Both the position numbers and the translations under genes were made by a program. The notes beneath the pieces are model-generated. The model saw nothing but the letters and a program-made list of their open reading frames with translations. It did not search any database and was not told the origin of the DNA. Of a stretch of DNA of 64,000 nt, positions 46,301-63,100 are shown in pieces. The DNA is from the human T2T-CHM13v2.0 reference genome, Homo sapiens, in NCBI GenBank assembly GCA_009914755.4, contig CP068257.2:1376001-1440000 (forward strand), written 5' to 3'. Position 1 is the first letter of the stretch. Every line of letters starts with the position of its first letter.

Positions 46301-49300
46301 CCAAATATACATTATATACTCTACATGAAATATCAAAGTTCACAAACTATATATTATATACTGTACATAAAATATCAAAGTACCCAAGGTATATATTCTA
46401 TACTGTACAAAAAATATCAAAGTACCCAAAGCATGTATTATATACTGTATATAAATTAAGAAAGTACATTAAATATATATTTTATTCTGTACATAAAATA
46501 TCAAAGTACACCAGATATATATTCTATAGTGTACATAAAATAACAAAGTACACAAACTATAAATTATATACTGTACATAAAATATGAAATTACATCAAAT
46601 ATATATTAGGTACATAAAATATGAAAGTACATCAAATATAGATTATATACTGTACATATAATATCAATGTACCCCAAATATATATTTTATACTCTATATG
46701 AAATATCAAAGTTCACAAACCATTCATTATATACTGTACATAAAATATCAAAGTACCCAAGGTATATATTCTATACTATACAAAAAATATCAAAGTACCC
46801 AAAGCATGTGTTATATACTGTACATAAAATATGAAAGTACATCAAATATATATTTTATTCTGTACATAAAATATCAAAGTACACCAGATATATATTCTAT
46901 AGTGTACATAAAATATCAAAATACCCAAACTATACATTATATACTGTACATAAAATATGAGATTACATCAAATATATATTATATTAGGTACATAAAATAT
47001 GAAAGTACATCAAATATAGATTATATACTGTACATAAAATATCAAAGTACCCCAAATATACATTATATACTCTACATGAAATATCAAAGTTCACAAACTA
47101 TATATTATATACTGTACATAAAATATCAAAGTACCCAAGGTATATATTCTATACTGTACAAAAAATATCAAAGTACCCAAAGCATGTATTATATACTGTA
47201 TATAAAATAAGAAAGTACATTAAATATATATTTTATTCTGTACATAAAATATCAAAGTACACCAGATATATATTCTATAGTGTACATAAAATAACAAAGT
47301 ACACAAACTATAAATTATATACTGTACATAAAATATGAAATTACATCAAATATATATTAGGTACATAAAATATGAAAGTACATCAAATATAGATTATATA
47401 CTGTACATATAATATCAATGTACCCCAAATATATATTTTATACTCTACATGAAATATCAAAGTTCACAAACCATACATTATATACTGTACATAAAATATC
47501 AAAGTACCCAAGGTATATATTCTATACTGTACGAAAAATATCAAAGTACCCAAAGCATGTATTATATACTGTACATAAAATATGAAAGTACATCAAATAT
47601 ATATTTTATTCTGTACATAAAATATCAAAGTACACCAGATATATATTCTATAGTGTATATAAAATATCAAAGTACCCAAACTATACATTATATACTGTAC
47701 ATAAAATATGAAATTACATCAAATATATATTATATTAGGTACATAAAATATGAAAGTACATGAAATATAGATTATATACTGTACATAAAATATCAAAGTA
47801 CCCCAAATATATATTATATACTGTACATGAAATATCAAAGTTCACAAACTATATATTATATACTGTACATAAAATATCAAAGTACCCAAGGTATATATTC
47901 TATAGTGTACAAAAAATATCAAAGTACCCAAAGCATGTATTATATACTGTACATAAAATATAAAATTACATCAAATATATATTTTATTCTGTACATAAAA
48001 TATCAAAGTACACCAGATATATATACTATAGTGTACATAAAATATCAAAGTACCCAAACTATACATTATACACTGTACATATAATATGAAATTACATCAA
48101 ATATATATTAGGTACATAAAATATGAAAGTACATCAAATATAGATTATATACTGTACATATAATATCAATGTAACCCAAATATATATTTTATACTCTACA
48201 TGAAATATCAAAGTTCACAAACTATATATTATATACTGTACATAAAATATCAAAGTACCCAAGGTATATATTCTATACTGTACAAAAAATATCAAAGTAC
48301 ACAAAGCATGTATGATATACTGTACATAAAATATGAAAGTACATCAAATATGTATTTTATTCTGTACATAGAATATCAAAGTACACCAGATATATATTCT
48401 ATAGTGTACATAATATAACAAAGTACAAAAACTATACATTATATACTGTACATAAAATATGAAATTACATCAAATATATATTAGGTACATAAAATATGAA
48501 AGTACATCAAATATAGATTATATACTGTACGTAAAATATCAAAGTACCCCAAATATATATTATATAATGTACATGAAATATCAAAGTTCACAAACCATAT
48601 ATTATATACTGTACATAAAATATCAAAGTACCCAAGGTATATATTCTATACTGTACAAAAAATATCAATGTACCCAAAGCATGTATTATATACTGTACAT
48701 AAAATATGAAATTACATCATATATATATTTTATTCTGTACATAAAATATCAAAGTACACCAGATATATATTCTATAGTGTACATAAAATATCAAAGTACC
48801 CAATCTATACATTATAAACTGTACATAAAATATGAAATTACATCAAATATATATTAGGTACATAAAATATGAATGTACATCAAATATAGATTATAAACTG
48901 TACATAAAATATCAAAGTACCCTAAATATATATTATATACTCTACAAGAAATATCAAAGTTCACACACTATATATTATATACTGTACATAAAATATCAAA
49001 GTACCCAAGGTATATATTCTATACTGTACAAAAAATATCAAAGAACCCAAACCATGTATTATATACTGTACATAAAATATGAAAGTACATCAAATATATA
49101 TTTTATTCTGTACATAAAATATCAAAGTACACCAGATATATATTCTATAGTGTACCTAAAATATCAAAGTACCCAAACTATACATTATATACTGTACATA
49201 AAATATGAAATTACATCAAATATATATTATATTAGGTACATAAAATATGAAAGTACATCAAATATAGATTATACACTGTACATAAAATATCAATGTACCC

Positions 49301-50570
49301 CAAATATATATTTTATACTCTACATGAAATACCAAAGTTCACAAACCATATATTATATACTGTACATAAAATATCAAAGTACCCAAGGTATATATTCTAT
49401 ACTGTACAAAAAATATCAAAGTACCCAAAGCATGTATTATATACTGTACATAAAATATGAAAGTACATCAAATATATATTTTATTCTGTACATAAAATAT
49501 CAAAGTACACCAGATATATATTCTATAGTGTACATAAAATATCAAAGTACCCAAACTATACATTATATACTGTACATAAAATATGAAATTACATCAAATA
49601 TATATTATATTAGGTACATAAAATATGAAAGTACATCAAATATAGATTATATACTGTACATAAAATATCAAAGTACCCCAAATATATATTATATACTCTA
49701 CATGAAATATCAAAGTTCACAAACTATATATTATATACTGTACATAAAATATCAAAGTACCCAAGGTATATATTCTATAATGTACAAAAAATATCAAAGT
49801 ACCCAAAGCGTGTATTATATACTGTATATAAAATATGAAATTACATCAAATATATATTTTATTCTGTACATAAAATATCAAAGTACACTAGATATATATT
49901 CTATAGTGTACATAAAATATCAAAGTACCCAAACTATACATTATATACTGTACATAAAATATGAAATTACATCAAATATATATTATATTAGGTACATAAA
50001 ATATGAAAGTACATCAAATATAGATTATATACTGTACATTAAATACCAAAGTACCCCAAATATATATTTTATACTGTACATGAAATATCAAAGTTCACAA
50101 ACTATATATTATATACTGTACATAAAATATCAAAGTACCCAAGGTATATATTCTATACTGTACAAAAAATATCAAAGTACCCAAAGCATGTATTATATAC
50201 TGTACCTAAAATATGAAAGTACATCAAATATATATTTTATTCTGTACATAAAATATCAAAGTACACCAGATATATATTCTATAGTGTACATAAAATATCA
50301 AAGTACCCAAACTATACATTATATACTGTACATAAAATATGAAATTACATCAAATATATTTTATATTAGGTACATAAAATATGAAAGTACATCAAATATA
50401 GATTATATACTGTACATTAAATACCAAAGTACCCCAAATATATATTTTATGCTGTACATGAAATATCAAAGTTCACAAACTATATATTATATACTGTACA
50501 TAAAATATCAAAGTACCCAAGGTATATATTCTATACTGTACAAAAAATATCAAAGTACCCAAAGCATGTA
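43310..50570. repeat. Large segmental duplication, copy B, partner of 33680-40940. It retains 163 bp (48761-48923) that copy A lacks.
   Basis: Same markers as copy A. Past about 50570 the sequence resembles 41750-42080 rather than A's continuation, for example the TAAGATATGAAATTAC and CATCAAAAATAGATT variants. Confidence 0.85.
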
Positions 50571-52399
50571 TTATATACTGTATATAAAATATGAAAGTAC
50601 ATTAAAGATATATTTTATTCTGTACATAAAATATCAAAGTACACCAGATATATATTCTATAGTGTACATAAAATAACAAAGTACACAAACTATAAATTAT
50701 ATACTGTACATAAGATATGAAATTACATCAAATATATATTAGGTACATAAAATATGAAAGTACATCAAAAATAGATTATATACTGTACATATAATATCAA
50801 GGTACCCCAAATATATATTTTATACTCTACATGAAATATCAAAGTTCACAAATCATACATTATATACTGTACATAAAATATCAAAGTACCCAAGGTATAT
50901 ATTCTATACTGTACAGAAAATATCAAAGTACCCAAAGCATGTATTATATACTGTACATAAAATATGAAAGTACATCAAATATATATTTTATTCTGTACAT
51001 AAAATATCAAAGTACACCAGATATATATTCTATAGTGTACATAAAATATCAAAGTACCCAAACTATACATTATATACTGTACATAAAATATGAAATTACA
51101 TCAAATATATATTAGGTACATAAAATATGAAGGTACATCAAATATAGATTATATACTGTACATATAATATCAATGTACCCCTAATATATATTTTATACTC
51201 TACATGAAATATCAAAGTTCACAAACCATACATTATATACTGTACATAAAATATCAAAGTACCCAAGGTATATATTCTATACTGTACAAAAAATATCAAA
51301 GTACCCAAAGCACGTATTATATACTGTACATAAAATATGAAATTACATCAAATATATATTATATTAGGTACATAAAATATGAATGTACATCAAATATAGA
51401 TTATATACTGTCCATAAAATATCAAAGTACCCAAGGTATATATTCTATACTGTACAAAAAATATCAAAGTACCCAAAGCATGTATTATATACTGTACATA
51501 AAATATGAAAGTACATCAAATGTATATTTTATTCTGTACATAAAATATCAAAGTACACCAGATATATATTCTATAGTGTGCATAAAATAACAAAGTACAC
51601 ACACTATAAATTATATACTGTACATAAAATATGAAATTACATCAAATATATATTAGGTACATAAAATATGAAAGTACATCAAATATAGATTTTATACTGT
51701 ACATAAAATATCAATGTACCCCAAATATATATTTTATACTCTACATGAAATATCAAAGTTCACAAACCATATATTATATACTGTACATATAATATCAAAG
51801 TACCCAAGGTATATATTCTATACTGTACAAAATATATCAAAGTACCCAAAGCATGTATTATATACTGTACATAAAATATGAAAGTACATCAAATATATAT
51901 TTTATTCTGTACATAAAATATCAAAGTACACCAGATATATATACTATAGTGTACATAAAATATCAAAGTACCCAAACTATACATTATATACTGTACATAA
52001 AATATGAAATTACATCAAATATATATTAGGTACATAAAATATGAAAGTACATCAAATATAGATTATATACTGTACATAAAATATCAAAGTACCCCAAATA
52101 TATATTATATACTCTACATGAAATATCAAAGTTCACAAACTATATATTATATACTGTACATAAAATATCAAAGTACCGAAGGTATATATTCTATACTGTA
52201 CAAAAAATATCAAAGTACCCAAAGCATGTATTATATACTGTATATAAAATAAGAAAGTACATTAAATATATATTTTATTCTGTACATAAAATATCAAAGT
52301 ACACCAGATATATATTCTATAGTGTACATAATATAACAAAGTACACAAACTATAAATTATATACTGTACATAAAATATGAAATTACATCAAATATATAT

Positions 52400-54125
52400 T
52401 AGGTACATAAAATATGAAAGTACATCAAATATAGATTATATACTGTACATATAATATCAATGTACCCCAAATATATATTTTATACTCTACAGGAAATATC
52501 AAAGTTCACAAACCATACATTATATACTGTACATAAAATATCAAAGTACCCAAGGTATATATTCTATACTGTACAGAAAATATCAAAGTACCCAAAGCAT
52601 GTATTATATACTGTACATAAAATATGAAAGTACATCAAATATATATTTTATTCTGTACATAAAATATCAAAGTACACCAGATATATATTCTATAGTGTAC
52701 ATAAAATATCAAAGTACCCAAACTATACATTATATACTGTACATAAAATATGAAATTACATCAAATATATATTAGGTACATAAAATATGAAAGTACATCA
52801 AATATAGATTGTATACTGTGCATTAAATATCAAAGTACCCCAAATATATATTATATACTCTACATGAAATATCAAAGTTCGCAAACTATATATTATATAC
52901 TGTACATAAAATATCAAAGTACCCAAGGTATATATTCTATACTGTACAAAAAATATCAAAGTACCCAAAGCATGTATTATATACTGTACATAAAATATGA
53001 AAGTACATCAAATATATATTTTATTCTGTACATAAAATATCAAAGTACACCAGATATATATTCTATAGTGTACATAAAATATCAAAGTACCCAAACTATA
53101 CATTATATACTGTACATAAAATATGAAATTACATCAAATATATATTATATTAGGTACATAAAATATGAAAGTACAGCAAATATAGATTATATACTGTCCA
53201 TAAAATATCAAAGTCCCCAAGGTATATATTCTATACTGTACAAAAAATATCAAAGTACCCAAATCTTGTATTATATACTGTATATAACATATGAAAGTAC
53301 ATCAAATATATATTTTATTCTGTACATAAAATATCAAAGTACACCAGATATATATTCTATAGTGTACATAAAATAACAAAGTACACAAACTATAAATTAT
53401 ATACTGTACATAAAATATGAAATTACATCAAATATATATTAGGTACATAAAATATGAAAGTACATCAAATATAGATTATATACTGTACATAAAATATCAA
53501 TGTACCCCAAATATATATTTTATACTCTACATGAAATATCAAAGTTCACAAACCATATATTATATACTGTACATAAAATATCAAAGTACCCAAGGTATAT
53601 ATTCTATACTGTACAAAAAATATCAAAGTACCCAAAGCATGTATTATATACTATACATAAAATATGAAATTACATCAAATATATATTTTATTCTGTACAT
53701 AAAATATCAAAGTACACCAGATATATATTCTATAGTGTACATAAAATATCAAAGTACCCAAACTACAAATTTTATACTTTACATAAAATATGAAATTACA
53801 TGAAATATATATTAGGTACATAAAATATGAATGTACATCAAATATAGATTATATACTGTACATAAAATATCAAAGTACCCCAAATATATATTATATACTC
53901 TACATGAAATATCAAAGTTCACAAACCATATATTATATACTCTACATAAAATATCAAAGTACCCAAGGTATATATTCTATACTGTACAAAAAATATCAAA
54001 GTACCCAAAGCATGTATTATATACTGTACATAAAATATGAAAGTATATCAAATATATATTTTATTGTGTACATAAAATATCAAAGTACACCAGATATATA
54101 TTCTATAGTGTACATAAAATATCAA
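52400..54125. repeat. Local tandem duplication of about 1.7 kb. Its partner is 54930-56655, offset 2530 bp.
   Basis: ORFs 52750/55280 (208 aa, identical), 53417/55947 and 53790/56320 match. The CTCTACAGGAAATATC variant is shared at about 52488 and 55018. A few single-base differences occur, e.g. GTTCGCAAAC vs GTTCACAAAC. Confidence 0.8.
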
Positions 54126-57100
54126 AGTACACAAACTATAAATTATATACTGTACATAAAATATGAAATTACATCAAATATATATTAGGTACATAAAATA
54201 TGAAAGTACATCAAATATAGATTATATACTGAACATATAATATCAATGTACCCCAAATATATATTATATACTCTACATGAAATATCAAAGTACAGAAACC
54301 ATACATTATATACTGTACATAAAATATCAAAGTACCCAAAGTATATATTCTATACTGTACAAAAAATATCAAAGTACCCAAAGCATGTATTATATACTGT
54401 ACATAAAATATGAAATTACATCAAATATATATTTTATTCTGTACATAAAATATCAAAGTACACCAGATATATATTCTATAGTGTACATAAAATATCAAAG
54501 TACCCAAACTATACATTATATACTGTACATAAAATATGAAATTACATGAAATATATATTAGGTACATAAAATATGAAAGTACATCAAATATAGATTATAT
54601 ACTGTATATAAAATATCAAAGTACCCCAAATATATATTATATACTCTACATGAAATATCAAATTTCACAAACTATATATTATATACTGTACATAAAATAT
54701 CAAAGTACCCAAGGTATATATTCTATACTGTACAAAAAATATCAAAGTACCCAAAGCATGTATTATATACTGTATAAAATATGAAAGTACATTAAAGATA
54801 TATTTTCTTCTGTACATAAATTATCAAAGTACACCAGATATATATTCTATAGTGTACATAAAATAACAAAGTACACAAACTATAAATTATACACTGTACA
54901 TAAAATATGAAATTACATCAAATATATATTAGGTACATAAAATATGAAAGTACATCAAATATAGATTATATACTGTACATATAATATCAATGTACCCCAA
55001 ATATATATTTTATACTCTACAGGAAATATCAAAGTTCACAAACCATACATTATATACTGTACATAAAATATCAAAGTACCCAAGGTATATATTCTATACT
55101 GTACAGAAAATATCAAAGTACCCAAAGCATGTATTATATACTGTACATAAAATATGAAAGTACATCAAATATATATTTTATTCTGTACATAAAATATCAA
55201 AGTACACCAGATATATATTCTATAGTGTACATAAAATATCAAAGTACCCAAACTATACATTATATACTGTACATAAAATATGAAATTACATCAAATATAT
55301 ATTAGGTACATAAAATATGAAAGTACATCAAATATAGATTGTATACTGTGCATTAAATATCAAAGTACCCCAAATATATATTATATACTCTACATGAAAT
55401 ATCAAAGTTCACAAACTATATATTATATACTGTACATAAAATATCAAAGTACCCAAGGTATATATTCTATACTGTACAAAAAATATCAAAGTACCCAAAG
55501 CATGTATTATATACTGTACATAAAATATGAAAGTACATCAAATATATATTTTATTCTGTACATAAAATATCAAAGTACACCAGATATATATTCTATAGTG
55601 TACATAAAATATCAAAGTACCCAAACTATACATTATATACTGTACATAAAATATGAAATTACATCAAATATATATTATATTAGGTACATAAAATATGAAA
55701 GTACAGCAAATATAGATTATATACTGTCCATAAAATATCAAAGTCCCCAAGGTATATATTCTATACTGTACAAAAAATATCAAAGTACCCAAATCTTGTA
55801 TTATATACTGTATATAACATATGAAAGTACATCAAATATATATTTTATTCTGTACATAAAATATCAAAGTACACCAGATATATATTCTATAGTGTACATA
55901 AAATAACAAAGTACACAAACTATAAATTATATACTGTACATAAAATATGAAATTACATCAAATATATATTAGGTACATAAAATATGAAAGTACATCAAAT
56001 ATAGATTATATACTGTACATAAAATATCAATGTACCCCAAATATATATTTTATACTCTACATGAAATATCAAAGTTCACAAACCATATATTATATACTGT
56101 ACATAAAATATCAAAGTACCCAAGGTATATATTCTATACTGTACAAAAAATATCAAAGTACCCAAAGCATGTATTATATACTATACATAAAATATGAAAT
56201 TACATCAAATATATATTTTATTCTGTACATAAAATATCAAAGTACACCAGATATATATTCTATAGTGTACATAAAATATCAAAGTACCCAAACTACAAAT
56301 TTTATACTTTACATAAAATATGAAATTACATCAAATATATATTAGGTACATAAAATATGAATGTACATCAAATATAGATTATATACTGTACATAAAATAT
56401 CAAAGTACCCCAAATATATATTATATACTCTACATGAAATATCAAAGTTCACAAACCATATATTATATACTGTACATAAAATATCAAAGTACCCAAGGTA
56501 TATATTCTATACTGTACAAAAAATATCAAAGTACCCAAAGCATGTATTATATACTGTACATAAAATATGAAAGTATATCAAATATATATTTTATTGTGTA
56601 CATAAAATATCAAAGTACACCAGATATATATTCTATAGTGTACATAAAATATCAAAGTACCAAAACTATACATTATATACTGTACATAAAATATGAAATT
56701 ACATCAAATATATATTATATTAGGTACATAAAATATGAAAGTATATCAAATATAGATTATATACTGTACATAAAATATGAAAGTACCCCAAATATATATT
56801 ACATACTCTACATGAAATATCAAAGTTCACAAACTATATATTATATACTGTACATAAAATATCAAAGTACCCAAGGTATATATTCTATATTGTACAAAAA
56901 ATATCAAAGTACCCAAAGCATCTGTTATATACTGTATATAAAATATGAAAGTACATAAAATATATATTTTATTCTGTACATAAAACATCAAAGTACACCA
57001 GATATATATTCTATAGTGTACATAAAATATCAAAGTACACAAACTATACATTATATACTGTACATAAAATATGAAATTACATCAAATATATATTAGGTAC

Positions 57101-60100
57101 ATAAAATATGAAAGTACATCAAACATAGATTATACACTGTACATAAAATATCAAAGTACCCGAAATATATATTATATACTGTACATGAAATATCAAAGTT
57201 CACAAACTATATATTATATACTGTACATAAAATATCAAAGTACCCAAGGTATATGTTCTATACTGTACAAAAAATATCAAAGTACCCAAAGCATGTATTA
57301 TATACTGTACATAAAATATGAAAGTACATCAAATATATATTTTATTCCGTACATAAAATATCAAAGTACACCAGATATATATTCTATAGTGTACATAAAA
57401 TATCAAAGTTCCCAAACTATACATTATATAATGTACATAAAATATGAAATTACATCAAATATATATTAGGTACATAAAATATGAAAGTACATCAAATATA
57501 GATTATATACTGTACATAAAATATCAAAGTACCCCAAATATATTTTATATACTGTACATGAAATATCAAATTTCACAAACTATATATTATATACTGTACA
57601 TAAAATATCAAAGTACCCAAGGTATATATTCTATACTGTACAAAAAATATCAAAGTACCCAAAGCATGTATTATATACTGTACATAAAATATGAAAGTAC
57701 ATCAAATATGTATTTTATTCTGTACATAGAATATCAAAGTACACCAGATATATATTCTATAGTGTACATAATATAACAAAGTACATAAACTATACATTAT
57801 ATACTGTACATAAAATATGAAATTACATCAAATATATATTAGGTACATAAAATATGAAAGTACATCAAATATAGATTATATACTGTACATAAAATATCAA
57901 AGTACCCCAAATATATATTATATAATGTACATGAAATATCAAAGTTCACAAACCATATATTATATACTGTACATAAAATATCAAAGTACCCAAGGTATAT
58001 ATTCTATACTGTACAAAAAATATCAAAGTACCCAAAGCATGTATTATATACTGTACATAAAATATGAAATTACATCATATATATATTTTATTCTGTACAT
58101 AAAATATCAAAGTACACCAGATATATATTCTATAGTGTACATAAAATATCAAAGTACCCAATCTATACATTATATACTGTACATAAAATATGAAATTACA
58201 TCAAATATATATTAGGTACATAAAATATGTATGTACATCAAATATAGATTATATACTGTACATAAAATATCAAAGTACCCTAAATATATATTATATACTC
58301 TACAAGAAATATCAAAGTTCACACACTATATATTATATACTGTACATAAAATATCAAAGTACCCAAGGTATATATTGTATACTGTACAAAAAATATCAAA
58401 GAACCCAAACCATGTATTATATACTGTACATAAAATATGAAAGTACATCAAATATATATTTTATTCTCTATATAAAATATCAAAGTACACCAGATATATA
58501 TTCTATAGTGTACATAAAATAACAAAGTACGCAAACTATACATTATATACTGTACATAAAATATGAAATTACATCAAATATATATTAGGTACATAAAATA
58601 TGAAAGTACATCAAATATAGATTATATACTGTACATAAAATATCAATGTACCCCAAATATATATTTTATACTCTACATGAAATATCAAAGTTCACAAACC
58701 ATATATTATTTACTGTACATAAAACATCAAAGTACCCAAGGTATATATTCTATACTGTACAAAAAATATCAAAGTACCCAAAGCATGTATTATATACTGT
58801 ACATAAAATATGAAAGTATATCAAATATATATTTTATTCTGTACATAAAATATCAAAGTACACCAGATATATATTCTATAGTGTACATAAAATAACAAAG
58901 TACACAAACTATAAATTATATACTGTACATAAAATATGAAATTACATCAAATATATATTAGGTACATAAAATATGAAAGTACATCAAATATAGATTATAT
59001 ACTGTACATAAAATATCAATGTACCCCAAATATATTTTTTATACTCTACATGAAATATCAAAGTTCACAAACCATATATTATATACTGTACATAAAATAT
59101 CAAAGTACCCAAGGTATATATTCTATACTGTACAAAAAATATCAAAGTACCCAAAGCATGTATTATATACTGTACATAAAATATGAAAGTACATCAAATA
59201 TATATTTTATTCTGTACATAAAATATCAAAGTACACCAGATATATATTCTATAGTGTACATAAAATATCAAAGTACCCAAACTATACATTATATACTGTA
59301 CATAAAATATGAAATTACATCAAATATATATTAGGTACATAAAATATGAAAGTACATCAAATATAGATTATATACTGTACATAAAATATCAAAGTACCCC
59401 AAATATACATTATATACTCTACATGAAATATCAAAGTTCACAAACTATATATTATATACTGTACATAAAATATCAAGGTACCCAAGGTATATATTCTATA
59501 CTGTACAAAAAATATCAAAGTACCCAAAGCATTTATTATATACTGTACATAAAATATGAAAGTACATCAAATATATATTTTATTCTGTACATAAAATATC
59601 AAAGTACACCAGATATATATTCTATAGTGTACATAAAATATCAAAGTACCCAAACTATACATTATATACTGTACATAAAATATGAGATTACATCAAATAT
59701 ATATTATATTAGGTACATAAAATATGAAAGTACATCAAATATAGATTATATACTGTACATAATATATCAAAGTACCCCAAATATATATTATATACTCTAC
59801 ATGAAATATCAAAGTTCAAACACTATATATTATATACTGTACATAAAATATCAAAGTACCCAAGGTATGTATTCTATACTGTACAAAAAATATCAAAGTA
59901 CCCAAAGCATGTATTATATACTGTACATAAAATATGAAAGTACATCAAATATATATTTTATTCTGTACATAAAATATCAAGGAACACCAGATATATATTC
60001 TATAGTGTACATAAAATATCAAAGTACACAAACTATACATTATATACAGTACATAAAATATGAAATTACATCAAATATATATTAGGTACATAAAATATGA

Positions 60101-63100
60101 AAGTACATCAAATATAGATTATATACTGTACATAAAATATCAAAGTACCCCAAATATATATTATATACTGTACATGAAATATCAAAGTTCACAAACTATA
60201 TATTATATACTGTACATAATATATCAAAGTACCCAAGTTATATATTCTATACTGTACAAAAAATATCAAAGTACCCAAAGCATGTATTATATACTGTACA
60301 TAAAATATGAAAGTACATCAAATATATATTTTATTCTGTACATAAAATATCAAGGTACACCAGATATATATTCTATAGTGTACATAAAATAACAAAGTAC
60401 ACAAACTATAAATTATATACTGTACATAAAATATGAAATTACATCAAATATATATTAGGTACATAAAATATGAAAGTTCATCAAATATAGATTATATACT
60501 GTACATAAAATATCAATGTACCCCAAATATATATCTTATACTCTACATGAAATATCAAAGTTCACAAACCATATATTGTATACTGTACATAAAATATCAA
60601 AGTACCCAAGGTATGTATTCTATACTGTACAAAAAATATCAAAGTACCCAAAGCATGTATTACATACTGAACATTAAATATGAAAGTACATCAAATATAT
60701 ATTTTATTCTGTACATAAAATATCAAAGTACACCAGATATATATTCTATAGTGTACATAAAATATCAAAGTACCCAAACTATACATTATATACTGTAAAT
60801 AAAATATGAAATTACATCAAATATATTTTATATTAGGTACCTAAAATATGAAAGTACATCAAATATAGATTATATACTGTGCATTAAATACCAAAGTACC
60901 CGAAATATATATTTTATACTGTACATGAAATATCAAAGTTCACAATCTATATATTATATACTGTACATAAATTATCAAAGTACCCAAGGTGTATATTCTA
61001 TACTCTACAAAAAATATCAAAGTACCCAAAGCATGTATTATATACTGTACATAAAATATGAAAGTACATCAAATATATATTTTATTCTGTACATAAAATA
61101 TCAAAGTACACCAGATATATATTCTATAGTGTACATAAAATATCAAAGTACCCAAACTATACATTATATACTGTACATAAAATATGAAATTACATCAAAT
61201 ATATTTTATATTAGGTACAAAAAATATGAAAGTACATAAAATATAGATTATATACTGTACATTAAATACGAAAGTACCCCAAATATATATTTTATACTGT
61301 ACATGAAATATCAAAGTTCACAAACTATATATTATATACTGTACAAATAATATCAAAGTACCCAAGGTATATATTCTATACTGTACCAAAAATAACAAAG
61401 TACCAAAAGCATGTATTATATACTGTACCTAAAATATGAATGTACATCAAATATATATTTTATTCTGTACATAAAATATCAAAGTACACCAGATATATAT
61501 TCTATAGTGTACATAAAATATCAAAGTACCCAAACTATACATTATATACTGTACATAAAATATGAAATTACATCAAATATATATTATATTAGGTACATAA
61601 AATATGAAAGTACATCAAATATAGATTATATACTGTACATAAAATATCAAGGTACCCCACATATATATTATATACTCTACATGAAATATCAAAGTTCACA
61701 AACTATATATTATATACTGTACATAAAATATCAAAGTACCCAAGGTATATATTCCATACTGCACAAAAAATTTCAAAGTACCCAAAGCATGTATTATATA
61801 CTGTATATAAAATATGAAAGTACATCAAATATATATTTTATTCTGTACATAAAATATCAAAGTACACCAGATATATATTCTATAGTGTACATAAAATAAC
61901 AAAGTACACAAACTATAAATTATATACTGTACATAAAATATGAAATTACATCAAATATATATTAGGTACATAAAATATGAAAGTACATCAAATATAGATT
62001 ATATACTGTACATAAAATATCAATGTACCCCAAATATATATTTTATACTCTACATGAAATATCAAAGTTCACAAACTATATATTATATACTGTACATAAA
62101 ATATCAAAGTACCCAAGGTATATATTCTATACTATACAAAAAGTATCAAAGTACCCAAAGCATGTATTATATACTGTACATAAAATATGAAAGTACATCA
62201 AATATATATTTTATTCTGTACATAAAATATCAAAGTACACCAGATATATATTCTATAGTGTACATAAAATATCAAAGTACCCAAACTATACATTATATAC
62301 TGTACATAAAATATGAAATTACATCAAATATATTTTATATTAGGTACATAAAATATGAAAGTACATCAAATATAGATTATATACTGTACATTAAATACCA
62401 AAGTACCCCAAATATATATTTTATACTGTACATGAAATATCAAAGTTCACAAACTATATATTATATACTGTACATATAATATTAAAGTACCCAAGGTATA
62501 TATTCTATACTGTACAAAAAATAACAAAGTACCAAAAGCATGTATAATATACTGTACATAAAATATGAAAGTACATCAAATATATATTTTATTCTGTACA
62601 TAAAATATCAAAGTACACCAGATATATATTCTATAGTGTACATAAAATATCAAAGTATCCAAACTATACATTATATACTGTACATAAAATATGAAATTAC
62701 ATCAAATATATATTATATTAGGTACAGAAAATATGAAAGTACATCAAATATAGATTATATAGTGTACATAAAATACCAAAGTACCCCAAATATATATATT
62801 ATACTGTACATGAAATATCAAAGTTCACAAACTATATATTATATACTGTACATAAAATATCAATGTACCCAAGGTATATATTCTATACTGTACAAAAAAT
62901 ATCAAAGTACCCAAAGCATGTATTATATACTGTACATAAAATATGAAAGTACATCAAATATATATTTTATTCTGTAAATACAATATCAAAGTACACCAAA
63001 TATATATTCTATACTGTACATAGAATATCAAAGAACCCAAACTATACATTATATACTGTACATAAAATATGAAATTACATCAAATATATTTTATATTAGG

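Noticed and set aside
16485-57051. Minus-strand ORFs of 71 to 74 aa (16485..16700, 16858..17082, 40681..40896, 41054..41278, 56827..57051).
   Set aside because: These are the antisense translation of the same satellite (…IFYVQYIIY…). They appear only where local variants remove stop codons, and they recur solely because they lie inside duplicated blocks.
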